The notes under the pieces are model-generated. The model was not told the origin of the DNA and made no database searches. It saw only the letters and a list, made by a program, of their open reading frames with translations. Shown one piece after another: positions 1 to 9,675 of a stretch of DNA of 64,000 nucleotides. The DNA comes from an uncultured virus (IMG/VR IMGVR_UViG_3300025099_000015). Taxonomy: Duplodnaviria > Heunggongvirae > Uroviricota > Caudoviricetes. The stretch lies in IMG/VR virus record IMGVR_UViG_3300025099_000015, one strand, 5' to 3'. Numbering within the stretch: position 1 is the stretch's first letter; every line of letters begins with the position of its first letter. Made by a program: the position numbers and the translations under genes.

Positions 1-39
1 ATAATGTAGACAATATTAACAAAATCATCATTTGAGCCT

Positions 40-588
40 TCATTCTTCTTCACCTCCACCTATCTGTCCCCATGCAAACTGTGTCCATTCATGATAATCA
101 TTACCATCAGCGTCATACCTGAAGTACGATGTTTGCTTCTCACCATTACCTATAACAGTAGCGGAGTTTAAAAATCTATGGTACATATTAATAGTATTCA
201 TATCTGTGCCACTCCAAAACGCTTGTCCGAAAGGATGAGTATGAATCCATTCTTTTAATGGAAACTTCATACCTGCGATTCCTTCTTCTTGTCCACCAAA
301 TGTAACATAGCCTGGATTTCCAGCACTAATATGGCACTTATCGTTACCATCAATTACTATCTGAATCTCTCTAGGTTTATCGAAAGCATTTGTAGACATT
401 TCCCAAATTGCTTTATGGAAATCATCTATTGTTTTCTTAAGTTGAGACCTGTGTATTAGGCATACATCTTCGTATTTTGATTCTATTATTCTTTTCCAAT
501 CGGGAATTAATTCCTGAAAGTCATCTCCTCTATAATCTACAAGATTAGTCCTTCTTCCTGTGTAATCTATTTCTTTACCATTAAGCAT
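40..588 (-). CDS. JAMM/MPN+ (JAB) metalloprotease, putative ubiquitin-like-protein isopeptidase
   Basis: Motif WIHTHPFGQAFWSGTD matches JAMM H-x-H-x7-S-x2-D, with an upstream Glu (REIQ). It lies two genes from an E1-like enzyme. Confidence 0.85.
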   Translation of the reverse strand: MLNGKEIDYTGRRTNLVDYRGDDFQELIPDWKRIIESKYEDVCLIHRSQLKKTIDDFHKAIWEMSTNAFDKPREIQIVIDGNDKCHISAGNPGYVTFGGQEEGIAGMKFPLKEWIHTHPFGQAFWSGTDMNTINMYHRFLNSATVIGNGEKQTSYFRYDADGNDYHEWTQFAWGQIGGGEEE

Positions 589-1060
589 ACAAATACCATC
601 CTAAGTATGAACATCCAAGTATTGTTAATAGTGCTACAATCCTAACTGTATACTTGTAGTCTTTCTTTGTAGAAAGTATTTCTACTGTTTCTGCAACATT
701 ATTCACTTGTTCTTCTTTCAATTCTTCTTTAACTTCTTTTAGTTTACCATTAGTTGCCGCTAACTCCGCTTCATTTTGTTCTATGATTTCAGTTATCTTT
801 TCACTAATTTCTTGTGCCGCTTTTGTTGGGGTAATAGTTTCTTTAATTTCTTCTACTACTTCTTCTTTCATTTGTTGAACCTTCTCAACATAAGCATCCC
901 CTGTCAAATCTTTTGCAGGTGTTTCTTTAATCAACTTACGATAACGTGTAGCGCAAGCCGCTTTACTTCTACCTAATTCTTCTGCTATCGCATCTCTATG
1001 CTCTTTAACAGGCCAACCTTGTAGTATTTGTTCTTCTTCATCTTTTGTCCATTTTACCAT
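581..1060 (-). CDS. Myb/SANT-like HTH protein with coiled coil and C-terminal transmembrane helix
   Basis: N-terminal KWTKDEEEQIL...IAEELGRSKAACATRYRKL; Glu-rich middle; hydrophobic C-terminus IVALLTILGCSYLGWYLYA. Confidence 0.6.
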   Translation of the reverse strand: MVKWTKDEEEQILQGWPVKEHRDAIAEELGRSKAACATRYRKLIKETPAKDLTGDAYVEKVQQMKEEVVEEIKETITPTKAAQEISEKITEIIEQNEAELAATNGKLKEVKEELKEEQVNNVAETVEILSTKKDYKYTVRIVALLTILGCSYLGWYLYA

Positions 1061-1069
1061 ATTATCAAC

Positions 1070-1690
1070 TCATACGTTTATTATATATTTGTCCTTTACT
1101 TCATCACCTGCGAACCATCGTTGCATCCATTGTGCGCCATAACCCGCAATTGCTACGTGAGTGAAGTGTAAATCCTCTGTATTTAAGGATTCATTAAAGT
1201 TCTCTCCTTGACAAGAGAAAGAACCTTCTGGCCCATTTAGTAATGTTTCACTAAAATTGCCCTCTGTAAGATAACTAATCAAAGCACCATTTCTACCTTG
1301 CGCTCTAAGGTCTAACCAATGTGTTTTACAATCATCTTTGAACCCTTGAGCATACAAGAGTTTTCTTACTGCTAGATTATCAGCACAACATATTATTAAA
1401 TCAAAACCTTCTAATTGTTTCTTAGTTAATATCGGATATGCTTTACCTTGACTCAACCCAACATCAGCCAAGTGATTCATACAAGTAGTATTGATACGCA
1501 TTGCAGTTACTTTATTCAATCCAATATCACCATGATTAAAGTTTTGATAACTGATGTTTTTCAAATCAACAGTATCAGGGTCATGCATGTAAATATCATA
1601 CAACCCTGTCCTATGAAGTAGAGGGGTTAGGAAACTACCTATCCCGCCTACTCCAATCACTAGCACCTTTCTTTTTGTTTTTGTTTTCAT
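1070..1690 (-). CDS. ThiF/MoeB/E1-like ubiquitin-like-protein activating enzyme
   Basis: VLVIGVGGIGS nucleotide-binding loop, DPDTVDLKNISYQ, GLNKV, DLIICCADNLAVR; candidate catalytic Cys in FSCQ. Confidence 0.9.
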   Translation of the reverse strand: MKTKTKRKVLVIGVGGIGSFLTPLLHRTGLYDIYMHDPDTVDLKNISYQNFNHGDIGLNKVTAMRINTTCMNHLADVGLSQGKAYPILTKKQLEGFDLIICCADNLAVRKLLYAQGFKDDCKTHWLDLRAQGRNGALISYLTEGNFSETLLNGPEGSFSCQGENFNESLNTEDLHFTHVAIAGYGAQWMQRWFAGDEVKDKYIINV

Positions 1691-1692
1691 TA

Positions 1693-2625
1693 TTATTGTC
1701 CTCCTATTCTTATACCAGATACAAACTCTTCCACAGTTAATACTTTCAGTTTATCTTTCTGTAAGTTTAACATGGGAAATAATTTCTTCGCAATTAAACG
1801 CTGTGCAACTGCTGAACAATTACAAGCATTACATATTACTTCTTGGGTATATTCTGGTTTACCCTGCGCTCTTAGTAGAGATGTTATCCATATTCCTGTA
1901 GCCATATAACTTCTTGAGAAGTGTATGTCATGTTCTAATACTAACTGATGCAAATACTCTACTACTATTCTACAATCACTTGTAAACTCTCTACTTGCAT
2001 TTAAGTCATTACATACTCTATCAATCCACGGAGAGATAGGCATACTTTGTAATACACTAGATTTACCTAAGAACCTAGCAAGATGTCTAGCATATTTAGA
2101 CACCTTATGTGGGTTTTCATTATTTGCAGTTGCTAACTCATTAATGCTTATAGGTAGTCCATATTCTCTAAGACATATAACTACTACAGCACATGCTCTT
2201 AGAGTTAATGGAATACCTGTAAACTTATGGTCGAAGTATAATCTTCGATAATAAGAATGAACATTCTCTTTCAATCTAATGTTAGGTAGATATGGGGATA
2301 AAACCATATTACATTCCATAAGTCCTCGGTTGATTGAAATATCTTTCTTGTTCCTAAACCTTCTTTGGGTTCTTTTCAAAGAACTAATTAAGTCTGTATT
2401 ATTGGTGCGTTCTTCCCCAATGAATGAACCCAATGCTCTATCTGCACCTTTAATAAAAATACCTGCACCTAAATTATAGTGATGGTCTGTTGATACTATT
2501 GTTCTATTAGTGTCCTCAAAGATATGAGTAACCTGAACAAAGCCACATGATACACATATTCGTTCACCTAACCTATCATCAAACATAAACTCATTACCTT
2601 CACACTCTATACAAATGCTACTCAT
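1693..2625 (-). CDS. tfb: Archaeal-type transcription initiation factor B (TFB/TFIIB)
   Basis: N-terminal Zn ribbon CIEC...GERICVSCG followed by two cyclin-like repeats (ACAVVVICLREYGLPISINEL; YTQEVICNACNCS). Confidence 0.85.
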   Translation of the reverse strand: MSSICIECEGNEFMFDDRLGERICVSCGFVQVTHIFEDTNRTIVSTDHHYNLGAGIFIKGADRALGSFIGEERTNNTDLISSLKRTQRRFRNKKDISINRGLMECNMVLSPYLPNIRLKENVHSYYRRLYFDHKFTGIPLTLRACAVVVICLREYGLPISINELATANNENPHKVSKYARHLARFLGKSSVLQSMPISPWIDRVCNDLNASREFTSDCRIVVEYLHQLVLEHDIHFSRSYMATGIWITSLLRAQGKPEYTQEVICNACNCSAVAQRLIAKKLFPMLNLQKDKLKVLTVEEFVSGIRIGGQ

Positions 2626-3965
2626 AGCAATTCACTCCAATTCAATGTCTTTGCATCTAATTCTGCTAATGGTATGTTAGTTGTTTTATATATCCTACAC
2701 TCATCATTTTCTTCAGTGCAACCATCTGGTATATATCTATCAATAGTATGTATTAATTTAACAGTTAATTTATCGTTTAATAAAGCCAATGCTCTTGAAG
2801 CAAATTGGTCTCCTAAACTTGAATTAGAATGTATGTTATCAATGCAAATTGGGCCTTTAAAAACCCCTTCATCAGAGGACATAGTATCATAAAAGTATAC
2901 TGATACTTTCTGCGTGGCACTACCTCTACCTAATCCTGTTGCTGTTATAGCCCAATCACCTAACTTACCTGCAACAAACATAATGGTTTTATTTTCTACC
3001 TCTATGATATTAATTCTATCTGGATACTTAACAACTAAACTAGCCATCAATTCTTTTGCTCGATTCTCTATTAAATCCTTAGTCCTATTCTGAACAAGAA
3101 ACTCTTTCATCAAATCTAACTGTGAATTAGTGGGTTCTTCACCCATAGTCATAGTCCACAATCTTTTAGGTGAAGCATTCCTCCATGTTTTAGAACGAGT
3201 ATGTCCTAGATAGAAATAATTTACCATAGTATCTAAATCTTCGACTGATAGTGAACCCCAAATACCATCCGATACTTCTATTGCTACTTCTGAAGTGCCT
3301 ATTAATTCAGCATTAAGTCTACAATGAACCTTCTGTCTGGTTTCCATATCAAAGAACCAAAATGGGATTCGATTTTCTAAAACATAGGATACATTTTCAG
3401 GCAATGTCATCATCTTCATTAAGTATGTTAATAGGCTAACTCCATCGTTGTCTGATGTAGAACGATACAAATATCTTGACATAGCAAACATTAGATTCTT
3501 CTTCTTAATCCTTTGATTCATTAACTTATAGTAGGTTTTACCCTTCTCTATCATTATAGCCATATTACCTGCATCTGGTAAAACAATAGCAATCTTAAAC
3601 TCATCAGGTGTTCCAAAACGCCTGCTGTATCTTCTATTTCCCCAACCGAAAAGAAACTGTAATGTTTTCTGAATCTCTTGAATAAGAGGTTCACCTTTAG
3701 CATATCCGCCTGATTGATTTTGAACAGATACGGAAACAACTGAATCACCTCCATATGAATGCTCAATCATGTGGCCGGAGTGTCGTCTACCTTGAGCAAA
3801 ATGTGGATTCCATGTTCTCGCTACTTCTAACATTAAAGTCTCTATTTCATATGTAGAATAAACACACACATTAGTAGTTTGGAAATCTGTAGCAGAATCA
3901 CTAGCACCGAATATTTTTAGTTTAAACTTATATTCATTACCATAATGACTAAACATTAGTTTCAC
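2622..3965 (-). CDS. Hypothetical protein, possible C-terminal E2-like (UBC-fold) domain
   Basis: 447-aa ORF overlapping both neighbours. C-terminal GPICIDNI resembles the E2 active-site G-x-I-C-L-D-I-L; the function is tentative. Confidence 0.4.
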   Translation of the reverse strand: MKLMFSHYGNEYKFKLKIFGASDSATDFQTTNVCVYSTYEIETLMLEVARTWNPHFAQGRRHSGHMIEHSYGGDSVVSVSVQNQSGGYAKGEPLIQEIQKTLQFLFGWGNRRYSRRFGTPDEFKIAIVLPDAGNMAIMIEKGKTYYKLMNQRIKKKNLMFAMSRYLYRSTSDNDGVSLLTYLMKMMTLPENVSYVLENRIPFWFFDMETRQKVHCRLNAELIGTSEVAIEVSDGIWGSLSVEDLDTMVNYFYLGHTRSKTWRNASPKRLWTMTMGEEPTNSQLDLMKEFLVQNRTKDLIENRAKELMASLVVKYPDRINIIEVENKTIMFVAGKLGDWAITATGLGRGSATQKVSVYFYDTMSSDEGVFKGPICIDNIHSNSSLGDQFASRALALLNDKLTVKLIHTIDRYIPDGCTEENDECRIYKTTNIPLAELDAKTLNWSELL

Positions 3966-4371
3966 CTTTCCAACCTTTAGGTTTGATTAGAAATCCTCCA
4001 GATACGCCTATAATCTCTTTACCATCTTTACGGGCTTGCGCTCTAAGTTTCTTATTCACATCAAACCAACCTCTCTTTTGTAGGGCTAGTAAGTAATCTA
4101 AATCACAACCTGTCATCAGACAATAAACTAATACTGCATCTTTAGGGAGTTTAGTAAAGGAGTTCCATGAATAATATTTACCATTAATACATGGTCTTTC
4201 TAATCCATTACCTTTCCTTCTACCAAAACCATCAGATTTATTTCTGATTCTGTTGTTATCTTTTAGATATTTCTTAAGTCCTTTAAGTAAGTCTGATTTC
4301 ATAAATGAATCATACTTCGCTTGTAATTCTTCTTGTTGTTTTATTTCTTGTTCATTTTTATTGTTTTGCAT
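3949..4371 (-). CDS. Hypothetical protein
   Basis: 140-aa ORF packed in the minus-strand operon. Confidence 0.6.
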   Translation of the reverse strand: MQNNKNEQEIKQQEELQAKYDSFMKSDLLKGLKKYLKDNNRIRNKSDGFGRRKGNGLERPCINGKYYSWNSFTKLPKDAVLVYCLMTGCDLDYLLALQKRGWFDVNKKLRAQARKDGKEIIGVSGGFLIKPKGWKGETNV

Positions 4372-4820
4372 TTAGATTCCTCCTTAGTTTCTATTTCGAC
4401 ATATTGTATATCTTTAACAAAGTATCCATTGTCTAATCTAGTGGTAAACTTATTTACAGGTATTACGCTGATAAACTCTAACTCAAGTCTTTTACGCTTC
4501 TCGTTATATCTATATTTCCATATGATATGTCTGTCTTTCCATCTGGTGCATTGAAACTTCTTTCTCTTTGCTTTCTTCTCTATTGCCGATGCAATCTCTA
4601 ACACATCTTCTACTTCAGCACCTGGGATTCTCTCAGTTAATCGTTCCATAAAATGGGGTGTAAACACAGCCCAAAAATAATGGAAGCCATCGTCTTTAAT
4701 CACCTTATGCATTTCTGCTTCAAATGGTTTAAACTCAGCACCACACGCTTGACATATCATTTTTCCTTTCATATCTAAATTGAACTTATTACATCCACAT
4801 TTACAATCACTAAACTTCAT
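4341..4820 (-). CDS. Zn-ribbon protein, possible RelE/BrnT-like C-terminal domain
   Basis: CKCGC...CQACG zinc ribbon, then TPHFMERLTER helix and beta-rich tail; fold call is weak. Confidence 0.45.
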   Translation of the reverse strand: MKFSDCKCGCNKFNLDMKGKMICQACGAEFKPFEAEMHKVIKDDGFHYFWAVFTPHFMERLTERIPGAEVEDVLEIASAIEKKAKRKKFQCTRWKDRHIIWKYRYNEKRKRLELEFISVIPVNKFTTRLDNGYFVKDIQYVEIETKEESKCKTIKMNKK

Positions 4821-5172
4821 TTTTATTCGCCTCTATATATTCTGCAAGTTGTTTCAATTCTGCTATCTCCAAGTAAAACTTGCTATTACTTGGTGATAAT
4901 GATGATGCTATAAATATTCTTCTAACAAAGTTAAGATAATATTCAGCACCACAATTACCATCTATCACATCAGTTGATGCTTGTATAAAAGAATCAACCA
5001 TCTGGTCTTTATTCCTGTAAGCATATTTACCCACACGGTCTCTTGATGAGGGTAGAATATGCTCAACAGTCATTACCTTCTCTAGTAGAAAAGGGTATAT
5101 CATTTTAACATCAGTAGATGTGAAACCTTTGTATTTGTAATGATGATTATATCTCACACACACCACCCGCAC
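4810..5172 (-). CDS. Hypothetical protein
   Basis: ORF fills the gap between nrdJ and the next gene; start uncertain. Confidence 0.5.
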   Translation of the reverse strand: MRVVCVRYNHHYKYKGFTSTDVKMIYPFLLEKVMTVEHILPSSRDRVGKYAYRNKDQMVDSFIQASTDVIDGNCGAEYYLNFVRRIFIASSLSPSNSKFYLEIAELKQLAEYIEANKNEV

Positions 5173-7078
5173 AAGCAGGGTCTACGCCAAAATTACTATC
5201 ATCTTCATACTCTATTATTTTTGTTAAATCTACTTCTTTAAGATATTCAAACATTCTATCATATGTATCTTTATCACATGATTCAAAAGGTGCTTGAACA
5301 TATACACTATCATCATTTGGAAAGCATGATAGTCCATTGTAGAAATGTCTGTTATTCCACATCCATGTTCCTACGTCATCCCATTGGTCTTTGTCAATGT
5401 AAACTGTTGCAGATACATTGTGAGTATTCTGGCCGTTACTATGACCGTGTTTAACCCAACCTACTGAAGTCTCCTTCACTCTCTCTAAGAAATCAAAGGT
5501 GCTTTCATTCCTTTTGATTAATGCACCTTCTGGTGCTTTCTGCGGTATCTCTATTATTCTACCATCAGGGTTAAACTCATCATCTACAATAAGTTCAGGA
5601 TGGTTGTTAGTTAGATATGTGCAGATTGCTTCTGTCTTACCAACTCTAATTCTTCTAATATAATATTCATCATGCCAAGCATGTATTCCTGATGAGGAAC
5701 CTAATACCATAGAAGCAGTCCCAGATGGCTTAACACAAGTTACTCTTGCCGCCGGATTAATACGCAACATTGTAGCCCAATGTCTATTCACTTCTTTAGC
5801 CATTACAGCCATTCCTGTAACGTCTAATCCCTTCAACCTATTAGACGCTAATCCTGTCATAGAAACACCTAGCAGTGCGTCTTTTTCAGTAGTAGTCCTC
5901 CATATATCTCTAAGGTAATGGAAGTCAGTATATGTTGCTTGCATTGTGCCTAAAATAGTTGCCGCTTTTACTCTCTCTTCTAAGTCCTCTTGGCTTTCTA
6001 CTGTTGATGAATTAACTTCTGTAAGATTACAGAATTGATATGGTCTAAGTGCTATTTCACAACAAGGATTTGTTCCCCAATCTTTGTCATTAGTTAGGTA
6101 TATTCCTGGCTCTCCAGAACCACCTGCTTGCACACGTTTCCACAATCCATCAAAGAATGGTTTAGTTACTCTATGTCTTAATAATACAGCAGAATTATTT
6201 GCTCTAAATCTTTGTGCATTATCAACATAGAAATCACCTGCTTTACAGTTAATCATGTGTTGGTCGTCAGCACTAAATAAACTAATTAATGCGGCTCGTC
6301 TATTACCACCTGCTGTAACTGCATCAGCAATATGACACATAATATCATGACATTCTAATGTTGTAAGTTTATCACCATTAGTTTTGCTTTGAAGTATATG
6401 TTCTACTTTAAGCATACATTCTTTCAATGGTTGTGGGCCAGGTGCTTGACCTCCTCTAGTTTTGAGTCGTGTCCCTTTAGGTCTAATATCATCATAAATG
6501 AATCTAGGAGTTTGACTTAACTCACCTGTATATGACCTAAACAATTCTTTAACTGCATCAGCCCAACCAATGATAGAGTCTTGAATTACTATCTTTCTTG
6601 TTCTATTAACATTTGGTAATTGTATCTCAGGTAGTTGTTCTACATGGTGTCTTTGAACAGAGTATCCTACTCCTGTCCCATTCATCAATAAGAACATACA
6701 TTCATGAAAGCATTCTGCTGAATCTACTGGCATATAAGCACAGTTGTAAATTGAATTAGGTGATACTTCTATTGCCTTACCTGCATATTGCATTGAACGC
6801 ATTGATGGAAGTATTTTGTGAGTAACTACAAAGTTATCATAAATGTTTATGATTTCTTTTCTCATTAACTCTCTCATATCTTCGCCGGTAGCAGGTAAAG
6901 AATCAATTTTTCTTAGATGCATTTGCATATTTCTATCACAAATCTCTTTCCATGTTTCTTTCCTAAAGTCAGATGGAAGCCATTTAGCATATTTCATATA
7001 TACTGTAATGTCGCTCATTATCTTACTTGCCTTGTCGTCATCATTTGGTTTTTTGATTGTATTTATTTGTTTACTCAT
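5147..7078 (-). CDS. nrdJ: Class II (adenosylcobalamin-dependent) ribonucleotide reductase, monomeric RTPR-type
   Basis: LPSMR, NCAY, GTGVGYS, TNPCCEI, FCNLTE, TCVKPSGTAS and C-terminal CAGGVC redox pair. Confidence 0.93.
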   Translation of the reverse strand: MSKQINTIKKPNDDDKASKIMSDITVYMKYAKWLPSDFRKETWKEICDRNMQMHLRKIDSLPATGEDMRELMRKEIINIYDNFVVTHKILPSMRSMQYAGKAIEVSPNSIYNCAYMPVDSAECFHECMFLLMNGTGVGYSVQRHHVEQLPEIQLPNVNRTRKIVIQDSIIGWADAVKELFRSYTGELSQTPRFIYDDIRPKGTRLKTRGGQAPGPQPLKECMLKVEHILQSKTNGDKLTTLECHDIMCHIADAVTAGGNRRAALISLFSADDQHMINCKAGDFYVDNAQRFRANNSAVLLRHRVTKPFFDGLWKRVQAGGSGEPGIYLTNDKDWGTNPCCEIALRPYQFCNLTEVNSSTVESQEDLEERVKAATILGTMQATYTDFHYLRDIWRTTTEKDALLGVSMTGLASNRLKGLDVTGMAVMAKEVNRHWATMLRINPAARVTCVKPSGTASMVLGSSSGIHAWHDEYYIRRIRVGKTEAICTYLTNNHPELIVDDEFNPDGRIIEIPQKAPEGALIKRNESTFDFLERVKETSVGWVKHGHSNGQNTHNVSATVYIDKDQWDDVGTWMWNNRHFYNGLSCFPNDDSVYVQAPFESCDKDTYDRMFEYLKEVDLTKIIEYEDDSNFGVDPACAGGVCEI

Positions 7079-7079
7079 A

Positions 7080-7463
7080 TTAGCACCTCAATGCTTGTCT
7101 ATATGGCATTTCTGCTAGATTGGTGAATGCCGCCACCCATTGACCGTTCTTTTTAACAGTCCATTGTTTTTCCATTTTAATCTCCCACTTTGGAAATGTG
7201 GATATTGCTTTGGTTCCATATCTTTTCTCTAATTCTGAAAAGTCTGTATAAGTTTCACCTTTGTAGGTGATACTCATCTTACCATCACAAACGATAACAG
7301 CCTTATGGCTGAAAGCGAATACATGACCCGTAGGATAAAAGTCTGCTCTAACAACAGCCATGTCCTTGTAGGTCAAGAAATCTTCTTTTGCATTCCAACC
7401 GAATATTTCCATCAGTGTAGGGAATACGTCTTTATCTATAAAATTAATATTGTCTTTAAGCAT
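7080..7463 (-). CDS. Hypothetical protein
   Basis: ORF track 7080..7502. The ATG at 7463 (MLKDN) follows a GAGG site and avoids the upstream hairpin, so it is the more likely start. Confidence 0.55.
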   Translation of the reverse strand: MLKDNINFIDKDVFPTLMEIFGWNAKEDFLTYKDMAVVRADFYPTGHVFAFSHKAVIVCDGKMSITYKGETYTDFSELEKRYGTKAISTFPKWEIKMEKQWTVKKNGQWVAAFTNLAEMPYRQALRC

Positions 7464-7481
7464 GATAATGCCTCTTGGTAG

Positions 7482-7518
7482 GAGGGTGGGTAGTGAAGGC
7501 ATCTACTACCCAACCCTC
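7482..7518. terminator. GC-rich intergenic stem-loop downstream of the ubiquitin-like gene
   Basis: GAGGGTGGGTAGT...ACTACCCAACCCTC inverted repeat; terminator or RNA-stability role is inferred. Confidence 0.45.
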
Positions 7519-7530
7519 AAGATGGAACGC

Positions 7531-7743
7531 TTACTGTGTTCCGCCGACTATTGCCGGAATAAGGTCTACTGATGTTACAGTATCCCAACTTACTTCTGAA
7601 ATCATTTCTCTTGATGTCAAATCACCATCAATAATCACCCAATGAGATGGGTGGTCGTTTATCTGGTCTATTACTTGTGATGCCGTTTGGCTCACTAATT
7701 CTGTATGTCCTGTTTCATTAATTATTGTTAATAACATTTTCAT
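7531..7743 (-). CDS. Ubiquitin-like (SAMP/MoaD/ThiS beta-grasp) protein with 2-residue C-terminal extension
   Basis: 70 aa, WVIIDG, ending VDLIPAIVGG-TQ, matching the SAMP/MoaD-type l-x-P-x-v-x-GG terminus. Confidence 0.75.
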   Translation of the reverse strand: MKMLLTIINETGHTELVSQTASQVIDQINDHPSHWVIIDGDLTSREMISEVSWDTVTSVDLIPAIVGGTQ

Positions 7744-7783
7744 TTCCTCTTATTTTTCTCTTATTAAGGTAGGTCTATTAACC

Positions 7784-8029
7784 TTACCTCGACTCCTCAG
7801 ATGCTACTCTTACATCGCGTTTTGTTTCTATCAATCTTGCAGTTAGCAAGTTGATTGTTTCTTCATATTTATCTACTAGAACACTTAAGTTTGTGTTCGC
7901 ATTTAGAATAGTCTGGTATGCTTGACTCAATTGTTGAAGTTGATTCTGTTGTTCAACATTCGATTCAATTAACATATCCAATTCTAATTCTAACTCTTTC
8001 TTACTTTTACCTTTATCTTTCTTTTCCAT
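7784..8029 (-). CDS. Small coiled-coil hypothetical protein
   Basis: 81-aa ORF with heptad-like L/Q/E pattern. Confidence 0.55.
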   Translation of the reverse strand: MEKKDKGKSKKELELELDMLIESNVEQQNQLQQLSQAYQTILNANTNLSVLVDKYEETINLLTARLIETKRDVRVASEESR

Positions 8030-8033
8030 TTTT

Positions 8034-9191
8034 TCAACTCCAATTTCCTTTTAGTCTTTTAATTTGCTCGCTTGCTTCATGTTTCGTTAGTTCGTCTACA
8101 TCGCCTTCATAACCTAGCCTAACTAAATACTCCTTCTGCTTTTGAGTTGCTTGTTGTTGTCTACTATCACCATCTAATATATTCCATAGTGTAGAGACTT
8201 GTCCTTCCGTCAGGGTATGTCCTGATACTATTAACTTCTTAGCATTATTTAAGAAGTTTTCTTCCCAAGTGTTTCTTCCTTGCTCTTTAATGAATGGTTT
8301 TACTCCATAGAAATCACAACATTCTACAAAAAATGGTTCAAATGTAATCTCATGCACTTTATTTGCTACTTTAATTCGCCTTTTTCTTTGTTCATTTCTG
8401 ATGTTAATCTGATTTTCCTTGTGTTTCTTTAGAGTAAATGTTCTACGTTCAACAAAATCGTCTTCTTTTTTGACAATTGCTTCTGCTTTCTCTACATTAA
8501 AGTAGAACATTAATAGGTCATTCCATAGTTTTTGGTTAGGAAAACCCTTTCTATTTATCTGTGCTTTAGGGTTATCTGGGTGATTCCACCTCCAAACTAT
8601 ACTAGCCATTTGATAATCTAAGTCCCCAAAATCATATTTAGATACCTTTCTAATGAAGGTAGTATCTCTATATAATTGTAAGTCAGAGTCATAGTGTCTA
8701 CCTTTCTTTCTTACATTAACTCGTAAGTCTAAGTCTTTAACTCTATCAAACATTAGTGTGAATTGTTCACCGTTTTCTCTCCACCAAACTTTCTGTTTTA
8801 GTGCTTCGACTCTAACATTAATCCACTCTTCAATCATGTCATCAGTTATCATGTCGTCAGACAATGAAGGATTATCTTCCTTGATTGCTCTAAAGATTAG
8901 ATATGAATTGATGTGGTCTGAACCAACACACTCTCTTGTTCCATTCTCAGTATTAAGAATCTCAAAATGATATACTATATCATGACCGCATAGACAATTG
9001 TTCTGATGTTTAGCCGCCCAATCTGGTACTGCACTTAATTGATTCCACCAAACTTCTCCGGTTGCTATCCATTCATGTTTAGCCTCTTCGTAGTTGTCTG
9101 ATACAGATAACTCAACCATATTCTGGATTAGTTTCTTGTCCCATCTTCCTGTTCCTAATTCTCTTCTCATTTCATCACCGTTACTCGACAC
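8034..9191 (-). CDS. Hypothetical protein with N-terminal Zn-binding motif
   Basis: CLCGHDI...ECVGSDHI; C-terminal ATQKQKEYL...LTKHEASEQI helical motif. True start is probably the internal MRRELG. Confidence 0.6.
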   Translation of the reverse strand: MSSNGDEMRRELGTGRWDKKLIQNMVELSVSDNYEEAKHEWIATGEVWWNQLSAVPDWAAKHQNNCLCGHDIVYHFEILNTENGTRECVGSDHINSYLIFRAIKEDNPSLSDDMITDDMIEEWINVRVEALKQKVWWRENGEQFTLMFDRVKDLDLRVNVRKKGRHYDSDLQLYRDTTFIRKVSKYDFGDLDYQMASIVWRWNHPDNPKAQINRKGFPNQKLWNDLLMFYFNVEKAEAIVKKEDDFVERRTFTLKKHKENQINIRNEQRKRRIKVANKVHEITFEPFFVECCDFYGVKPFIKEQGRNTWEENFLNNAKKLIVSGHTLTEGQVSTLWNILDGDSRQQQATQKQKEYLVRLGYEGDVDELTKHEASEQIKRLKGNWS

Positions 9192-9352
9192 TTCTTCAAT
9201 TCTATATCGTAATACTTGTAGTCTGGTAATATTCTATTACAGCAAGGGCATATCACGCCATCACCTTAACATTACAAGACTTGCATTTTGTTTTATTCAT
9301 ACTTATTATTTTTCCGCATTCGCATTGATTTATTTGCATTTTTATTTCCTCC

Positions 9353-9559
9353 TTATTCTTTCATCCATTCAAGAAATCTTTCGACATCTTCTGGTTGAAT
9401 TGTAAACACCGTTCCACTATGTAAGTGAACGTCAATATAAGTAGTTTCATAACTACCCATTACTTTACGTGGTGTTCTTTCTACTACTTCTGTATACGCA
9501 CAGATTGCACCGTGATGTATTACCGTATGGCCTCTTGCTGTTTTAAACTTATTATTCAT
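9353..9559 (-). CDS. Hypothetical protein
   Basis: ORF track 9353..9649; ATG at 9559 (MNNKFK) follows GGAGGAAGAGG and overlaps the upstream stop. Confidence 0.55.
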   Translation of the reverse strand: MNNKFKTARGHTVIHHGAICAYTEVVERTPRKVMGSYETTYIDVHLHSGTVFTIQPEDVERFLEWMKE

Positions 9560-9672
9560 TCCTCTTCCTCCTTTACTGATATTAAAAAGACTCGACAATC
9601 TGGACATAAATCCACGGCCTGTCTCATCCATTTGTCGCATTCTGGACACTTTATTTTTATTATACCTGACAT
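9556..9672 (-). CDS. Micro zinc-finger protein (38 aa)
   Basis: Manual translation MSGIIKIKCPECDKWMRQAVDLCPDCRVFLISVKEEEE with two CPxC motifs; below the ORF-track cutoff. Confidence 0.6.
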   Translation of the reverse strand: MSGIIKIKCPECDKWMRQAVDLCPDCRVFLISVKEEEE

Positions 9673-9675
9673 ATT

